Below the pieces are notes generated by a model that was not told the DNA's origin, searched no databases, and worked only from the letters and a program-made list of their open reading frames with translations. A program made the translations under genes and the position numbers. 57,656 bases of DNA from NCBI GenBank assembly GCA_002269645.1, contig NIVC01004154.1, forward strand, positions 1-57,656, given 5' to 3'. Positions 10,292 to 21,700 of the stretch are shown piece after piece (position 1 is the stretch's first letter; the number at the start of each line of letters is the position of its first letter). The stretch is from Macrostomum lignano (Eukaryota).

Positions 10292-13200
10292 TTAAAGCTT
10301 CTTTGACAACCGTCTGGCCTTCTTGCTGACTGGCTGCTGCGATTCCGCATCGCCTGCCGACCTGTCTCCCACCAGACTGGAGCCCGGCTCGGTCTTTGCT
10401 TTGATTCGCTCCGAGAGCAGCTGAGCGCCTCGATATTGACGTTTGAGCGCCGACTGGAGGGCTGTCGCAAAGCCACCGCCGCCTCCGCCCAGCAACAGGG
10501 TGGCAACGCGATCCCGGAGGCTGCAGTCTTCGGGACAGCTTTCGTACAGTCTGCGGTCGGGGCGAGGCGAATGGGTGACTGGTTGGAACTCAATAGGGAA
10601 TATTGAGGAATATGGGAGAAGTATGGGGGAGGAATGGGAGAAATATGAGGGGATGAGAGAAATGTGGGGGATGAGAGAAATATAGGAAAGATGGGAGAAA
10701 TATGGGGAGAATGGGAAGCCGGGAGAAATATGGGGAGAATGGGAAGCCGGGAGAAATATGGGGAGAATGGGAAGCCGGGAGAAATATGAGGAGAATGGGA
10801 AGCCGGGAGAAATATGAGGAGAATGGGAAGCCGGGAGAAATATGGGGAGAAGGGGAAGCCGGGAGAAATATGGGGAGAATGGGAAGCTGGGAGAAATATG
10901 GGGAGAATGGGAAGCCGGGAGAAATATGGTGAGAATGGGAAGCCGGGAGAAATATGGTGAGAATGGGAAGCCGGGAGAAATATGGGAAGAATGGGAAACC
11001 GGGAGAAATATGGGGAGAATGGGAAGCCGGGAGAAATATGGGGAGAATGGAAGGCTGGGAGAAATATGGGGAGAATGGAAAGATGGGAGGAATACAGTGT
11101 ACAGAAGGTACATCAGCGGTCAGCAAGACTCACTGCAGCAGGAAGAAGCAGCCCCGGTTGCAGGCCAGCCAGGACACAATGTTCTCGTCAGTGACAAAAT
11201 CGTTAATTAGTCTAACTAGATCGGGCGCCGAAGGTAGCAATCGTTTAAGCATCAGGTGGCCGGCTGAGCACTCGATAATGTGCTGTTGCTGCTGCTGCTG
11301 GTCTGACTCGTCGCCAGATGATTGCGACGTGGGATTCTGGCAGGGCACAAACGGCTGGCGGATGAGGTCGGCCAGAGCAGCGTAGCAGGCGGACTTCTCG
11401 CCTGAGGGGAGCAGATTGATTGAGGATGAATAATAGTTCTGCGGCTGGGTCATTGGGTTATCGCATTGGAGCCGAGGCTCATGCAGTTTGGACATTGGGA
11501 CAAGTCATGCAATTAGGCCATGGGTAATGATAGGATAATTGGTAATGATAGGGTCATTGGTAATGATAGGGTCATTGGTAATGATAGGGTCACGGGTAAA
11601 TGATAGGGTTATTGGTAATGATAGGGTCATGGGTAAATGATAGGGTTATTGGTAATGATAGGGTCATAGGAACTGACAGTAATGAGAAATGAGCCTCACC
11701 GGGACAGTGCCGCAGGGTGTCCTGCACAAAAAGAATGGTGCCGTTAGCTTGGCACAGTTCTGCCATCCGGCCGCTAACATGCGACAGCAGCCGGCTTGAG
11801 CACAGACTCAGAGCGCGATGAAGCCGCTCGCGAAGCTGCTCAGTAGTGACCGAGTTCTCCTCAACGGCGGATTTACCGCCAGCACCAACAGCAGCGGGCG
11901 GCAGTATCAGCGACATCAGCTGAGGAGAAAAGTGCAGAGAATCTCTAGGAGACAGCAGGTAGAGCAGCACCTTGCGGCCGAACTGGCTGTCAATCAATTC
12001 TTGAAGCGAGTCGAACAGCTCACGCAGGACAAGTTTGTGCAGCTCCTCCGGGGTGAGCGAGTGGCGCTCGGCTAGGCTGAGCACGAACAGGTAGCCGTGC
12101 TCGTTGCATGCAGAGGTGCACAGGAATGTCTTCATGCTCTTCAGGGCCCGCTTCAGGTCTTTGTGCGACAGGTGGCGCACCACTAGCAGGGCCACTTTGA
12201 CGCCCTCTCTGGCGGAGGGAGGTTGTGGTTGTTCAATAAATTCTGGGGGGGGGGGTTTGATCCTCAATGGCATGCTCAGAGAAATATATACACTGTAAAC
12301 AGACGGAAAGGCACTAAGACAGAAAGACAGACAGACAGATACAGCCAGAGAGACAGACATACAGACAGACAGACACACACAGACAGACTGTGACACACAC
12401 TCACAGACAGACACAGACAGACAGACAAACCCACCTGGTGTGCAGCATCGGCACCAGGTTTTCCCTCAGATTCTCCATCAGCGAGGCCACAGCGCTCGCA
12501 TCTGCGTTCCCCTGGCAGCCGGAAGCTCCTGCTGGCACAGCCTCCTCCAGGTACTCGAGCAGCAGATGCTGCACAAGCGAATGCCTAATGAGATCTTTCT
12601 GAGTGAGCGCCAGCAGGTGTTGCTGCAGGTGCTGCATGACCAGGCCGGGCCGTTTCGTAGCCAGCGCATCCTTGAGCCGTACAATGCTGGTGGATTTGAA
12701 CAGCGCCAGCTCGGGCCCGAAGAACTCCTGCAGGATGGCGGCCCGCTGTGCGGCATTGGCGAACTCATTGTAGGCGGTCTCAACCAACTCGGAGGCAAAC
12801 CGGTGCTTCAACAGCTCCGGAGTTCGGCCCTCGATAGCTCTGAATACGTAGGCGCGCTGTTCTTTAGCGCCGTATTTGAGCAGTTTTTGAGCAACAAATC
12901 GGCCATACTTGGACTTGGCCAAGGCGACCAGTTGATCTTTGAGCTCTTCGAAGATTAGCCAGCGTTGCTGATCGCTGCCGCGTTTGAGCACGGCTTCGAG
13001 CACGCGGCCCGTGTCGTGTGCGGCGGCCAGCTCGGCCAGTTTGCCTCGGCCGAGTTTGAGCACAGATTCGCACAGCTCGGCCACTCGGTTGGCCGGGGTG
13101 GCCTCAATTCTCAACTCTTCCCAGGCCGTGAGCAGCTCAGACACCAAGTCGGCGTTTTTCTTCTGCTTTTTCTTTAAAGCGCGTCGTTCTTTCTTTGTTG

Positions 13201-13729
13201 GAGGCTGCTTTTCTTGTTGCTGCTTTTGCTGTTGTTGCTGCTTATTAGGCTTCTTTAACTTTTTCTTGTCGGACTCGTTCAGGTCCTCGAAGATGGTGGA
13301 GTCGTTCAGATTCGAGTTCTCAAACTCGTCATCCTCGGCAGCCTCGTCGCCGTTCTCAGCGTCGTCGTCATCGCCGTCCTCCGAGCCGGACGAAGATGCC
13401 GCAGCTCGGGGTCGCTTGCGCTTCCGGTCGCCAGCGATAGCAACGGCGCCTCGCTTCTTAATAGTGCTGGCCAGGTTGGCAAGGCTGCGGCCCATGCGGG
13501 GCATCTGCCTGCCGCCAGCCTTCTTATCCACTGCCGCCGAGTTTTTATTATCCATTTGCAGCTCCGCCGTAGCCGCAGACGGTTCCGACAGTTTCCGCTT
13601 TCTGCCGCCGGGTCGAACGGCGGCAGCAGCGGCGGCGCCTTCGTTAGCACCAGAGCCGCCGAATCCAGCGGCCGACTTCAAATCCGACACTGTCTTACGA
13701 AATGCCGACGGTTTTCTGCCTAGCGGCAT
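10292..13729 (-). CDS. PUM3: Pumilio homolog 3 / Puf6 / Penguin (nucleolar PUF protein with CPL region), 776 aa
   Basis: complement(join(10292..10550,11134..11401,11700..12208,12435..13729)) = 2331 nt in frame, all GT-AG. Motifs LAAAHDTGRVLEAVLKRGS, LAKSKYGRFVAQKLLKYG, LLKHRFASELVETAYNEFAN, HTREG, SQFGRKVLLYLLSPRD, HIIECSAGHLMLKRL, SWLACNRGCF. Confidence 0.93.
10600..11095. repeat. 28-bp minisatellite (gggagaaatatggggagaatgggaagcc) in PUM3 intron 3
   Basis: About 15 units. Confidence 0.95.
11520..11670. repeat. ~18-20 bp minisatellite (ggtaatgatagggtcatt) in PUM3 intron 2
   Basis: About 7 units. Confidence 0.85.
12320..12430. repeat. (CAGA)/(CA) microsatellite in PUM3 intron 1
   Basis: Direct reading. 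Confidence 0.8.
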
Positions 13730-13994
13730 TCTATGAAACAATTTGTTAGATTCTTTTAGAAACAAAAATCAATTGATTTTTACTAGCTACTACTGCAAGT
13801 AGGCGCCGCTTAGTTCACGGATCTGAAAGGAAGCATAGAAAAAAACTTTAAATAATGGCCTGAAACTTTCAATGCCTAAATGAAGGCCTAGTAACGAAGT
13901 CAATGGGCATCCGTCTGAAGAATCTGGATTAAATTTTGGTCCTAAGACAATTGACTGCCGAACCTAACTCAAAATACTAATTCCTAAATCTTAA

Positions 13995-14300
13995 CGTGAA
14001 CCCTAATTCCTGAACCCTAATTCCTAAACCCTAACCTACACCCTAATTCCTAAACCCTAACCTAAATCCTAATTCCTAAACCCTAAGCCCTTAACCCCAA
14101 TTCCTAAACCATAATCTAAATCCCAATTCCTAAACTCTAATTCCTAAACCCTAACCTAAACCCTTTACCTAATCTAAAATCTAATCGTGAGCTAACCTAA
14201 ACCATATAACCTAAAAACCTACTCCTAACCTAAACCTGACCTCTAAACTTAACCCTAACTGGAACCCTTTTCTAAACCCTAACCCTAACTCTAACCCAAA
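13995..14300. repeat. Degenerate telomere-like (CCCTAA/CCTAA) tract
   Basis: aaccctaattcctaaaccctaacctaaa-type units; complement of TTAGGG-like repeats. Confidence 0.75.
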
Positions 14301-14671
14301 TAGTCGGCAGTCAATTTGTGGCAGGATGTCATGGCAACCCAGTAGTAAAAACAACATTCGCTTTATTCGCTTGTTAACCAATTTTTCAGACAAGCTGGAC
14401 TTGGACGACTCAGATTCCGAGGATGAAGAGACGCCAGTTGGATACGGGAAAACTGCTCGTGCTACTACTGGATAAACTCGACAATTTATTGACTGAACAG
14501 TGCAGTGAAGATAATCAAATGATAGCACAGATACTAAAAAAACTTTTACTATTTGTCATCGCAATTTAAGTTTTGGTTGTGAGAAAGCAGAGCGAATAAA
14601 TTTTTACGAGCGTAAATTGTCTACGCAGTATCGAAAGAAGGACGAAACCCAGAATATGGGGACAGGCTCAT

Positions 14672-14772
14672 TCTAGCTTAGCCAATGAGAGAGCAGTAAG
14701 GAGAGAGGTCAAAGTTAGACGGACGAAAGTCAGTTAGGGGGCAGGCCTAGTCTAGCTCAGCCAATGAGAGGA
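14672..14772. promoter_or_regulatory. Paired CCAAT boxes, likely PUM3 promoter region
   Basis: tctagct[t/c]agccaatgag occurs twice (CCAAT at 14682 and 14761), about 1 kb upstream of the PUM3 ATG. Confidence 0.4.
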
Positions 14773-15742
14773 GAGCTTATTCAGACACAAGCGGGCAAGA
14801 GGAAAGCTTAATTCGCCTGTCTGGGAAAAACCTTAAGTATCTTGAAAACATTTATAAGACAAAAGCGCTAATTTTGCTACTGAAAAGAGTAGAAGAGTGC
14901 AGTTTTTTGCGAGTGGCATATCTACTAGTTATTTCTAGTATCTGTATTCCTAACTACTGTATACCTATGCTTAACTAAATGAACTAACCTTGTAGAAAAG
15001 AACTGAATATAAAAAATCAGAACGCGAAATACCCTGAAATTGCATAATCAAAATGTTCATGTTACGTAATTTATTATAGCGGCATATAATTATGAATCAG
15101 AGTAATCCTGCTATATAAAACACCTGTATTGGTTTACTAACTACGCTCGTATATTTTAGGTACACTATTTATTATACGCGACAATTTTTTAAAATTAAAT
15201 ATCCTTGATTTTTTGCCTATAAATAAAAATAAATTTAGAATACCTAACACCATGATAATGGTATATACTACGAGTATTTAACAAAATAAAGCTTTCTGAT
15301 GTGTAGTATTTACAATGCAAACAAGTAGGGAACTTATTTTTCTGTAATAATCTTGCTCAACTTACAGTCTCGTGTAACTTAGGAGAAAAAGAGCAATACA
15401 GAAAAAAAAGGAAAACAGCGAGTTAATACCAAAAACAAGGAATGAACACGCAGGTCAAGGAAGACACGAAATCCAAATTCAAGCCATGCTGTTGATTCTT
15501 AGTAAACCGTAGATAAATAAAAGCATTAAAATCAATTCCAAACAAGACTAGACAGTGTCAAGAATTGCTGTTGTTCTTTTAAACAAATAGAACTCAACAA
15601 TTGACAAAACATTAATATTGCTGAATAATTTATACTGAAGTGCTAAAGCTATGAAAGAGAGATAAGAATTCATACCTACGAATACCATAATTCATGCTTA
15701 ATAAATAATTGTTTCATTCAATTCTCTCAGATGTTGAGATTT

Positions 15743-18700
15743 TCATACATCAGCGGCGGGTTCCGCGGAGGGTGCAGCGGCGGGGTCGGCGGCGGGGTCG
15801 GCGGCGGGTGCAGCGGCGGGGTCGGCGGAGGGTGCAGCGGCGGGGTCGGCGGCGGGGTCGGCGGCGGGGTCAGCGGAGGGTGCAGCGGCGGGGTCGGCGG
15901 CGGGGTCGGCGGCGGGGTCAGCGGAGGGTGCAGCAGCGGGGTCGGCGGCGGGGTCGGCGGCGGGGTCAGCGGAGGGTGCAGCGGCGGGGTCGGCGGCGGG
16001 GTCAGCGGAGGGTGCAGCGGCGGGGTCGGCGGCGGGGTCAGCGGAGGGTGCAGCGGCGGAATCGGCGGCGGAGGATGCAGTGGCGAGATCGGTAGAGGGT
16101 GCAGCGGCGAGGTCGGCGGAGGGTGCAGCAGCGGGTTCGGCGGAGGGTGCAGCGGCGAGGTAGGAGGAGGGTGCAGCGGCAGGGTCGGAGGAAGGTGCAG
16201 CGGCAGGGTCGGCGGCGGAGGGTGCAGCGGCGAGGTCGGCAGCTCTGACAGGCGCAACCGGTACAACACCAAGTGGGCGGTAGACCTCAGTGAGCATGAG
16301 CAGCACGGTGTCCTCGGAGGCCCAATAGCAGGCGTGGCTAGTCAAAGCGAACAGATAATCGTTGAAAGCCTCAATTGGCGCCTCCTGCAGCACATAGTCC
16401 AACCGACGGCCGCCATTTAAAGCACTGTCACAAGAATCCTCAACTGAACTATCTAAAGAAGAATCCACAGACGCTGCTGAGCTGTCTTCGCTAGGGTCAT
16501 CCTCTTCGGTAGATTGCTGCCGCTGTCGCTGCTGCTGACTATGCGCAGCGGCAAAGCTCTGCAAACCGGACCAGGTGGCTCGCAGGCCGCTCACTAGCCG
16601 ATGCCGCAGCCCGGTGCCAACGCGGGTCAGGCTGTCGCGCAACTGAAGATGCATCCGCTTGCGGCCTTTGTGATGGGGAATCTGCGGGAATAGGTGCCCG
16701 ATATTCGTCCGATTTTATATCGTAAATAAGCGGAGTGTACATTACTGTTACTGTATTGTCTCCCCTCCTATGTCACTCCCCATTTCTCCTATATCACTCT
16801 CCGTCTCTCCAATCTTACTCACGTCTCCCCAATCTCGGTTTCCGTCTCTCCAATCTTACTCTCCGTCTCTCCAATTTCAATCCTGTCTCACCTATCTCAC
16901 TCCAAATCTACTATCTCACTGTCCGTTTCTTCAATCTCACTCTCCGTCTCTCCTATCTCACTCCGAATCTATTATCTCACTTTCCGTCTCTCCAATCTCA
17001 CCCTCCGTCTCTCCGATCTCACGCCCGTCCCTCCAATCTTACTCTCCGTCTCTCCAATTTCAATCCTGTCTCACCTATCTCACTCCAAATCTACTATCTC
17101 ACTGTCCGTTTCTTCAATCTCACTCTCCGTCTCTCCTATCTCACTCTGAATCTATTATCTCACTTTCCGTCTCTCCAATCTCACTCTCCATCTCTTAAAA
17201 TCTCGCTCCCGTCTCTCCGATCTCACTCTCCGTCTTTCCGATCTCACTCTCCGTCTCTCCAATCTTACTCTCCGTCTCTCCAATTTCAATCCTGTCTCAC
17301 CTATCTCACTCCAAATCTACTATCTCACTGTCCGTTTCTTCAATCTCACTCTCAGTCTCTCCTATCTCACTCCGAATCTATTATCTCACTTTCCGTCTCT
17401 TCAATCTCACTCTCCGTCTCTCCAATCTCACCCTCCGTCTCTCCGATCTCACTCCCGTCTCTCCAATCTCACTCTCCGTCTATCCAATCTCACTCTCCGT
17501 CTCTCTAATCTCACTTCCGTCTCTCCTATCTCGCCTCTCCCTTCTCTCGCTCCCGCCCAATTAATAAGCAATAACTGGGGAAAAATCCTACCAAAAATGG
17601 CTCAGCAGGATATCTGGACAGCAGCGGCTCCAACCGATAGGCGATGGGATCAAACGGATGAAAGATGTTGAACAAAGCTGGACGACACGAACCGCTGCAA
17701 CATTCGGGTAGCTGGTATTCGGCGGCCAAAGCTGACACGCCTCTAGACGTGAGAAACAGGGCGATGGGAGAGCCCAGACAGAACAGAGAAGCCGGTGAGA
17801 ACTCCAGCTGGGGATACGAGACACAGGGAAATCCGCTACCTTCACTGTGTTGACTTTCCGTATTCTCGCCAATGCCCGCTACCTGACCAATGACATACGT
17901 TAATTGGGGGGGGTTTCACAAACTCGAAATTTCACAACGTCGAAAGCACCTTCTTTCACAAGGTCGAAATTTCGCAAGGTCGAAATTTCATAACATCGAA
18001 AACTCAAATAGCAGCCACTTTCACAAGGTCGAAACTTCACAAGGTCGAAATTTCACAACATCGAAAGCTTTAGCAAAGGACTTCATAAGGTCGAAATTTC
18101 ACAAGGTCGAAATTTCACAACGTAGAAAAGTTAAACAGCAGCCACTTTCACAAGGTCGAAACTTCACAAGGTCGAAACCTCACAACATCGAAAATTTTAG
18201 CAAGAGACTTCATAAGGTCGAAATTTCATAAGGTCGAAATTTCACAACGTAGAAAACTACTGTATGGTTCTTGATATATAAAATTTTCGACTTTGTGAAA
18301 TTTCGAGCTTATGAAGTTTCGACCTTGTGAAAGTGGCTGCACTTGAGTTTTCGATGTTATGAAATTTCGACCTTGTGAAATTTCGACCTTATGAAATCTC
18401 TTGCTAGATTTTTCGATGTTGTGAAATTCCGACCTTGTGAAGTTTCGACCTTGTGAAAGTGGCTGCTATTTGAGTTTTCGATGTTATGAAATTTCGACCT
18501 TATGAAGCCTCTTGCTAAAGTTTTCGATGTTGTGAAATTTCGACCTTGTGAAGTTTCGACCTTGTGAAATAATTTACTTTTCGACGTTGTGAAATTTCGA
18601 CCTTGTGAAAGCACCCCCGTTAATTGTTTTACTGGCTTTGAAGCCGGAGGCGGAGTCGACTCTCGCTGCTGTTCATCTGGAATCTGGACTTTGGCCTTTG

Positions 18701-21700
18701 ACTTGGTTGCCGACGATTTTGCAATTGCAGCCAGCAGCTTCTTGCGGGGTCCGAGGGGGATGCCGAGTTCCTGAATGATTTAGGTAAGTAGGGCACAGGA
18801 AACAGCAACCAGTAAACTGATTACACATGTAGAAGACAGTCCCCAGTGTAGAACAAAAAGCAAGCAACAACATACCTTGAGTTCGGCATCTGTCAGACTA
18901 GTGAGCACATCAACACTGTCAACTCCAGCAGTTTTAAGTTTCTCTCTAACAGTAGCGGATTCGCCTAGACCACACTGCTTCAAGAACGGGTCAATCTCAG
19001 CATCTGCATTGGTGCCGCTGTCTGCTTTGACATCGGACAGCAAAGGAACCGCTGTGACAACCGCGCTACTAGCCGGCGCAACAAGACCCTGATGAGTCAG
19101 AATGTCGAAAGCGATCACCGAGCCAAGCGAGTGGCCAATCAACGAGAAGCTGCCTTTGTAGTCGGGATTTCGGGTTAGAAACAGTTGACGGAGACGGTTC
19201 ATCTGGGGAGAATTGAGGGGGGGTGGGGACTAAGGGATGTAGATGTCGGTCAATGGGGATCAGAGGGATTTCAAAGTTGGTCAATGAATAAGAGCAGATG
19301 TCGAAGTCGGTCAATGGGGATCACACAAGGCCGGGATGTCGAAGTCGGTCAATGGGGATCACGCAAGGGACGTCGAAGTCGGTCAATGGGATCACACAAG
19401 GCAGGGATGTCGAAGTCGGTCAATCGGGATCACACAAGGGATGTCGAAGTCGGTCAATGGGATCACACAAGGCAGGGATGTCGAAGTCGGTCAATCGGGA
19501 TCACACAAGGGATGTCGAAGTCGGTCAATCGGGATCACACAAGGCAGGGATGTCGAAGTCGGTCAATCGGGATCACACAAGGGATGTCGAAGTCGGTCAA
19601 TGGGATCACACAAGGCAGGGATGTCGAAGTCGGTCAATCGGGATCACACAAGGGATGTCGAAGTCGGTCAATGGGATCACACAAGGCAGGGATGTCGAAG
19701 TCGGTCAATCGGGATCACACAAGGGATGTCGAAGTCGGTCAATCGGGATCACACAAGGCAGGGATGTCGAAGTCGGTCAATCGGGATCACACAAGGTCGG
19801 GATGTCGAATTCGGTCAATCGGGATCAGCAAGGGATGTCGAAGTCGGTCAATGGGATCACACAAGGCAGGGATGTCGAAGTCGGTCAATCGGGATCACAC
19901 AAGGGATGTCGAAGTCGGTCAATCGGGATCACACAAGGCAGGGATGTCGAAGTCGGTCAATCGGGATCACACAAGGGATGTCGAAGTCGGTCAATGGGAT
20001 CACACAAGGCAGGGATGTCGAAGTCGGTCAATCGGGATCACACAAGGGATGTCGAAGTCGGTCAATGGGATCACACAAGGCAGGGATGTCGAAGTCGGTC
20101 AATCGGGATCACACAAGGGATGTCGAAGTCGGTCAATCGGGATCACACAAGGCAGGGATGTCGAAGTCGGTCAATCGGGATCACACAAGGGATGTCGAAG
20201 TCGGTCAATGGGATCACACAAGGCAGGGATGTCGAAGTCGGTCAATCGGGATCACACAAGGGATGTCGAAGTCGGTCAATCGGGATCACACAAGGCAGGG
20301 ATGTCGAAGTCGGTCAATCGGGATCACACAAGGTCGGGATGTCGAATTCGGTCAATCGGGATCAGCAAGGGATGTCGAAGTCGGTCAATGGGGATCAGCA
20401 AGGGATGCCGTTATGAGTCAATAGAGATCAGGAGATATCGACGACTCAACATCATTTAATGAGGGTCTTAAATAAAGACCTGTCTATGCAAATGAGGAAC
20501 TTTAGATACTCGTGATAGCGCACCTCTTTCCCAACAGTGTCCACAATAGTTTGCATGTACCTCGGACTGCTGTAGAACAGCACATCCGTGAGGGTGTCAT
20601 TAGCAAACCGACGCAATTTCGGTATAGACTGCAGACTGATCCGCTGCAGCTGAGCATCCAGCCCCGTAGTGTGATTGCTGTGCAGAGCCGAATGCCAGTG
20701 CACTGGCAGAAACTCAACCCGGCCAAACTGATTAGCGAAATGCGAGCGCATTAATTCACCAGAAACGAAGCGCATTCGGTCAACACACTGGACCAGATTG
20801 TGCCCGAGTAGGTCGTACACAGAGCCGATACCGTGCACTACGAATAGCACGTGATCTACCGGGTTCCGGGACTCCGAGTCCGGAGGCAGAGTGCCGGGGA
20901 ACTGGCCCATGCCTCTGCGGAAGTTTTCAGGTAATATTGGGAACGAATTTATTGCGTAATTACCCAACCTGTCGTTCTGGGTGTCCAATGTCATTCTGAG
21001 TGTGTAACCTGACATTCTGAGTGTGTAACCTGTCATTCTGAGTGTCCAACCTGTCATTCTGTGTGTAACCTGTCATTCTGAGTGTGTAACCTGTCATTCT
21101 TAGTGTCCAACCTGTCATTCTGAGTGTGTAACCTGTCATTCTGAGTGTGTAACCCGTCATTCTGAGTGTGTAACCTGTCATTCTGAGTGTCCAACCTGTC
21201 ATTCTTAGTGTCCAACCTGTCATTCTGAGTGTGTAACCTGACATTCTGAGTGTGTAACCTGACATTCTGAGTGTGTAACCTGTCATTCTGAGTGTGTAAC
21301 CTGACATTCTGAGTGTGTAACCTGTCATTCTGAGTGTCCAACCTGTCATTCTGAGTGTGTAACCTGTCATTCTGAGTGTGTAACCTGTCATTCTGAGTGT
21401 GTAACCTGACCATTCTGAGTGTGTAACCTGTCATTCTGAGTGTGTAACCTGTCATTCTGAGTGTGTAACCTGTCATTCTGAGTGTGTAACCTGTCATTCT
21501 GAGTGTGTAACCTGTCATTCTGAGTGTGTAACCTGTCCTTCTGAGTGTCCAACCTGTCATTCTGAGTGTGTAACCTGACCATTCTGAGTGTGTAACCTGT
21601 CATTCTGAGTGTCCAACCTGTCATTCTGAGTGTGTAACCTGTCATTCTGAGTGTCCAACCTGTCATTCTGAGTGTGTAACCTGTCATTCTGAGTGTGTAA

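Noticed and set aside
15709-16420. Protamine-like [10 protein letters not shown] and Gly/Cys-rich GGCSGGVGG ORFs on the plus strand
   Set aside because: Antisense shadows of the coding repeat in the DDHD last exon; no independent splice or promoter evidence.
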